Shown: piece by piece, positions 60,598-64,000 of the stretch
How the letters are laid out: each line of letters opens with the position of its first letter
How positions within the stretch are numbered: the first letter of the stretch is position 1
NCBI GenBank assembly: GCA_963761305.1
Contig: CAVXGK010000002.1
Location: forward strand, 1,056,001 to 1,120,000
Origin: an uncultured Gemmatimonadaceae bacterium
GTDB lineage: Bacteria > Gemmatimonadota > Gemmatimonadetes > Gemmatimonadales > Gemmatimonadaceae
Length of the DNA: 64,000 nt
Direction: 5' to 3'
Notes under the pieces: model-generated
What the model saw: the letters and a program-made list of their open reading frames with translations, nothing else
Told to the model about the DNA's origin: nothing
The model's database searches: none
Position numbers and translations under genes: made by a program

Positions 60598-61215
60598 TTA
60601 CTCATCCGCGACATGACCCCGCTCCACCGCCCTGGCCACCGCGGCAACGACCACAGGCCACAGCCCCGGCGCGCCTTCCTCGATCGGAGCCATGCGCGCC
60701 AGCACCTGACTCCGAGTCACACCGTGCAAACGCCACGTGCCGCCGTCGCCCGGCGTGTCGTTGGCGATCAGACCTTGCAACCGGTCGAGGGCATTGGCGA
60801 AGCGCGCCGATGGCGTTTCCCCCGCCTCGAACTCCGTCCAGCAGCCGCGAAGATGATGTGCGAGGTCGGCCGGCAACAGGCCGTACAATCGCGTCGCCGC
60901 CGCGTGTTCACGCGCCTGCTTGCCGAGGTTCGCCGCGACGTCGAAGGCGAATGTGTCGCCAGCGTCGATCTCCACGATGTCGTGCACGATGAGCATCTCG
61001 ACGACGTGCGCCAGCTCCGCGCCCGCGGGCGCGTACTCGAATAGGGTGAGCGCCATCGCGCTGACGTGCCAGCTATGCTCCGCCGTATTCTCTTGCCGCG
61101 AGCGGTCGATCAACGACGTCCGCCGAAGCACCGACTTGAGACGGTCGAGCTCACGAACGAAGTGCAGTTGCCGCGCCAGGCGGTCACCGTCGTCGTGCGC
61201 CGGTGGTTCACTCAT
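60598..61215 (-). CDS. HD-domain hydrolase (YfbR/HDDC2-like)
   Basis: LDRLK-x-V-x-R, ENTAEHSWH, VHDIVEIDAGD, ALDRLQ. Confidence 0.9.
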   Translation of the reverse strand: MSEPPAHDDGDRLARQLHFVRELDRLKSVLRRTSLIDRSRQENTAEHSWHVSAMALTLFEYAPAGAELAHVVEMLIVHDIVEIDAGDTFAFDVAANLGKQAREHAAATRLYGLLPADLAHHLRGCWTEFEAGETPSARFANALDRLQGLIANDTPGDGGTWRLHGVTRSQVLARMAPIEEGAPGLWPVVVAAVARAVERGHVADE

Positions 61216-61402
61216 CGGAAATCGGAACCAGCTGCCGCCTCGGCCAGCGGCAGCGACGAGGCGAGGACCAGGAACGCCAGCGTTTCCATCGTCCCTCCGC
61301 ACGTGAACATGGACCGGGCTGCCCGCCAACGCCGAGACAGCGCGGTGCGTCAGGCCGAACTAAACGACGAGAGCCGGTTCGTCGAGTTGAATCGCGGATC
61401 CG

Positions 61403-61552
61403 TTATAGGTGATGGCGACGGTGGCCGACCGGCGAAGTGTATTGACGACTTGACAGGCCCGGCCCGCCCAAGAGCGCCTCGCGCCCAGTACGCTCGAGCC
61501 ACGACGCCAACGTTGGCCCGGCGATCCCGGCGCCATTGATCGCGATTCTCAC
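61403..61552 (-). pseudogene. N-terminal remnant of an FAD-dependent monooxygenase
   Basis: Manual translation MRIAINGAGIAGPTLASWLERTGRE (GxGxxG), stop after 49 aa. Confidence 0.6.
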
Positions 61553-61614
61553 GGCGGCACAAAGAAAGATTTAGGCCCCGGCGTCGGCTCGGTTGCCACT
61601 CGGGACCAGGGACG

Positions 61615-61642
61615 ATAATATGGGGTATACCCCGTATGTCAA
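61615..61642 (-). promoter_or_regulatory. Sigma70-type promoter with palindromic operator in the spacer
   Basis: TTGACA-TACGGGGTATACCCCA-TATTAT on the minus strand. Confidence 0.6.
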
Positions 61643-61696
61643 TCACTCGCGCCGGCCGGTGAGGCGCACTCGTCACGGTCTTGCACGGAGGCCACC

Positions 61697-62311
61697 ATGC
61701 GGTCGCTGATCAGAACACTGTCGTGTGTCGCATCCCTCACCCTCGCCGGAATCGCGGGCTGTCACCACGCACCACCGCCGGCCGCCTTGACGCCGGCTTT
61801 CACGACCACCGGAGCCAACGCGAACGACGACCGCGCCGCGCGTGATCGGGCCGCCGCCGATGCGGCGAGACGCGATTCGATCGCACGAGCCAACGCCCGC
61901 GCCGACAGTCTGCGTCGCGCGGCGGCGGCGGGGCGCACCGCCGACGACGCCCGTCGCGCGCTGCTCCAGCCGGTACACTTCGGATTCGATCGCGACGAGA
62001 TCCTCCCGAGCGAGACGGCGTTGCTGGAGCGCAAAGTGGAGATCCTCCGTGACAATCCGAGCCTGCAAGTCCGCATCGAAGGGAACGCCGACGATCGGGG
62101 GTCGGACGAGTACAACCTCGCACTGGGAATGCGCCGCGCCGCCGCCGTCGAGCGCTACATCCAGGAGCGCGGCATCCCGACCAACCGCATGACCACGGCG
62201 TCGAACGGCCTGGAGCGCCCCGTGTGCACGGAGCACGAGGAATCGTGCTGGAGTCAGAACCGCCGCGACGAGGTCGTGATTACCGCAGCCGGCAACCATC
62301 TCGTGCCGTAG
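61697..62311 (+). CDS. Pal/OmpA-family peptidoglycan-associated lipoprotein
   Basis: IAGC lipobox, VHFGFD, IEGNADDRGSDEYNLALG-x-RRA, NRR. Confidence 0.9.
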   Translation: MRSLIRTLSCVASLTLAGIAGCHHAPPPAALTPAFTTTGANANDDRAARDRAAADAARRDSIARANARADSLRRAAAAGRTADDARRALLQPVHFGFDRDEILPSETALLERKVEILRDNPSLQVRIEGNADDRGSDEYNLALGMRRAAAVERYIQERGIPTNRMTTASNGLERPVCTEHEESCWSQNRRDEVVITAAGNHLVP

Positions 62312-62331
62312 GCGAGTCGCCGGAGCAGCAC

Positions 62332-64000
62332 CTGACTCACACAACAGCAATTTTGGACGAACCCGGGAACGCGAGGTGGTACGAACGCCTCATTACGCTC
62401 GTTGAGGACGTTCGCCGGCGCGAGGATCGCCTAGCCCTCGCCCTCAGCCTTCTCATCGGCGCGCTCGTTGGACTCGTCGTCGTCGCGTTCATTCTGCTGA
62501 CGGGCCGTCTGGCGGCGCGCATGTTTCCGCCGGGCGGCGCCGCGGCCTGGCGCATCGTCATTCCGACGCTCGGCGCGCTCGGCACGGGATATCTCCTCTT
62601 TCGGTTCTTTCCCGAGGCCCGCGGCAGCGGCATTCCACAGACGCGCGCCGCCATCTTCATCAACGACGGCTACATCTCGCTGCGCACCGTCCTCGGCAAG
62701 TTCTTCTGCTGCTCGGCGTCGCTGGCGAGCGGCATCGCACTTGGACGCGAGGGCCCGTCGGTACACATCGGATCGGGCATTGCCTCCGTCATCGCGCGCC
62801 GGCTCGGCCTGAGCACGCCGCAAGTCCGCTGGCTGATCCCGGTAGGGGCCTCGGCTGCTCTTGCCGCCGCGTTCAACACCCCAATCGCCGCCGTGCTTTT
62901 CTCGCTCGAGGAAATCATGGGCGACATGCATGCGCCGATCCTCGGTTCCGTCGTCCTCAGCTCGACGACGTCGTGGATGGTGCTCCACCTCGTGCTCGGC
63001 GACGAACCGCTCTTTCACGTCGCCGCGTACCATCTTGTCGACCCGTCGGAGCTACTCGTCTACGTGGCCCTCGGTATTGTCGGTGGGCTCGGCTCAGTCG
63101 TGTTCGTGCGGCTCCTCCTCGAGCTCCGAAAAGCGTTCGCGCGCCTTCCGAAGTCGACGGTCTGGGTCCAACCGGTTGCCGGTGGACTCTGCATCGGGTC
63201 TGATCGGCTACTTCGTGCCGCAGGTGATGGGCGTCGGGTACGACCAAGTCGATCGCGCGCTGAGCGGAGACTTGGTGCTGCATGCGCTGATTCTGTTCGC
63301 CGCGCTCAAGATCATCGGGACTGCCATGTGCTACGCGTCGGGGAACGCGGGCGGCATTTTCGGTCCGAGCATGTTCATTGGCGCGATGATGGGCGGAGCC
63401 GTCGGACAGGTCGCGCATAGCCTTTTGCCGGCGACGACGGCCGGTCCCGGCGCGTACGCGCTCGTCGGTATGGGCACCGCGTTCGCCGGGATCATCCGCA
63501 CGCCGTTGACGTCGGTGATCATGATCTTCGAGGTCACCCGGAACTACACGATCATCGTTCCGCTGATGATCTCGAACCTGCTGGCGTTCTACATCTCGCA
63601 GAAATTCCAGCGCGAGCCGATCTACGAGGCCCTGTCTCGCCAGGACGGACTGCATCTGCCGAGCGGTGAGTTTCGCACGATGTCGCGACAGCTGCGGGTG
63701 AGCGCGGCGACAACGACGGCGCCACCAGCACTCGCCCCCGCCTTGTCGATCGACGAAGCGCGCCGTCGCATCGGCGGCTCGACGCTTGGATCATGGCCGG
63801 TCGCTGACGACGTCGGACTTCTGGGAATGGTTCGAACGTCGGACGTCGTTGCTGCGGCCTCCGACGGTCGAGGATCCGTGCCGGTGCGAGAGCTCCTCGA
63901 CGCGATCACCACCGCGGAACATGGCGGTCTTCCGCACGTCCACGGCGATCATCCACTGGGCCTCGCGCTCGCGCGGATGGGATCGACGCGCCACACCGTG
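62332..64000 (+). CDS. ClC family chloride channel/antiporter, frameshift near 63197, runs off window end (start uncertain)
   Basis: GSGIP, GREGP, AAFNTPIAA; after the shift GGIFGPS, R-x-PLTS..FE-x-T-x-NY, then a possible CBS region. Confidence 0.88.

Overview
High-GC bacterial chromosomal segment. Gene content points to Gemmatimonadota (inference): duplicated MacB-type permeases, Ser/Thr kinase-TPR proteins with ECF sigma factors, carboxypeptidase-regulatory-domain secreted proteins, and many apparently leaderless genes. I see no rRNA, tRNA, CRISPR, transposase or integrase. Main observations: (1) a 5.5-27 kb block (MacAB-TolC, histidine phosphatase, KaiC-like signalling module, two Omp85-like proteins, NarL regulator, PAS kinase/receiver, DUF4956-like protein, metallophosphoesterase) shares a six-copy promoter/operator motif; (2) within it, an operon encodes an Omp85-like protein with an atypical kinase-like domain beside a lipoprotein phosphatase; (3) a duplicated 'ECF promoter - lipoprotein - permease 3' end' frame carries two unrelated lipoproteins and brackets an accessory region; (4) that region holds a PRTase-like gene, an orphan OmpR-type wHTH, an 8-Cys secreted peptide with a DsbA, and an ECF sigma with mirrored promoters, two 21-bp tandem arrays and an all-helical protein; (5) a 24-bp repeat array, a candidate sRNA/attenuator upstream of hsp20, and several gene remnants. 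Four genes are broken by single-base insertions that look like long-read consensus errors. All product calls come from motif recognition by eye; no searches were run.
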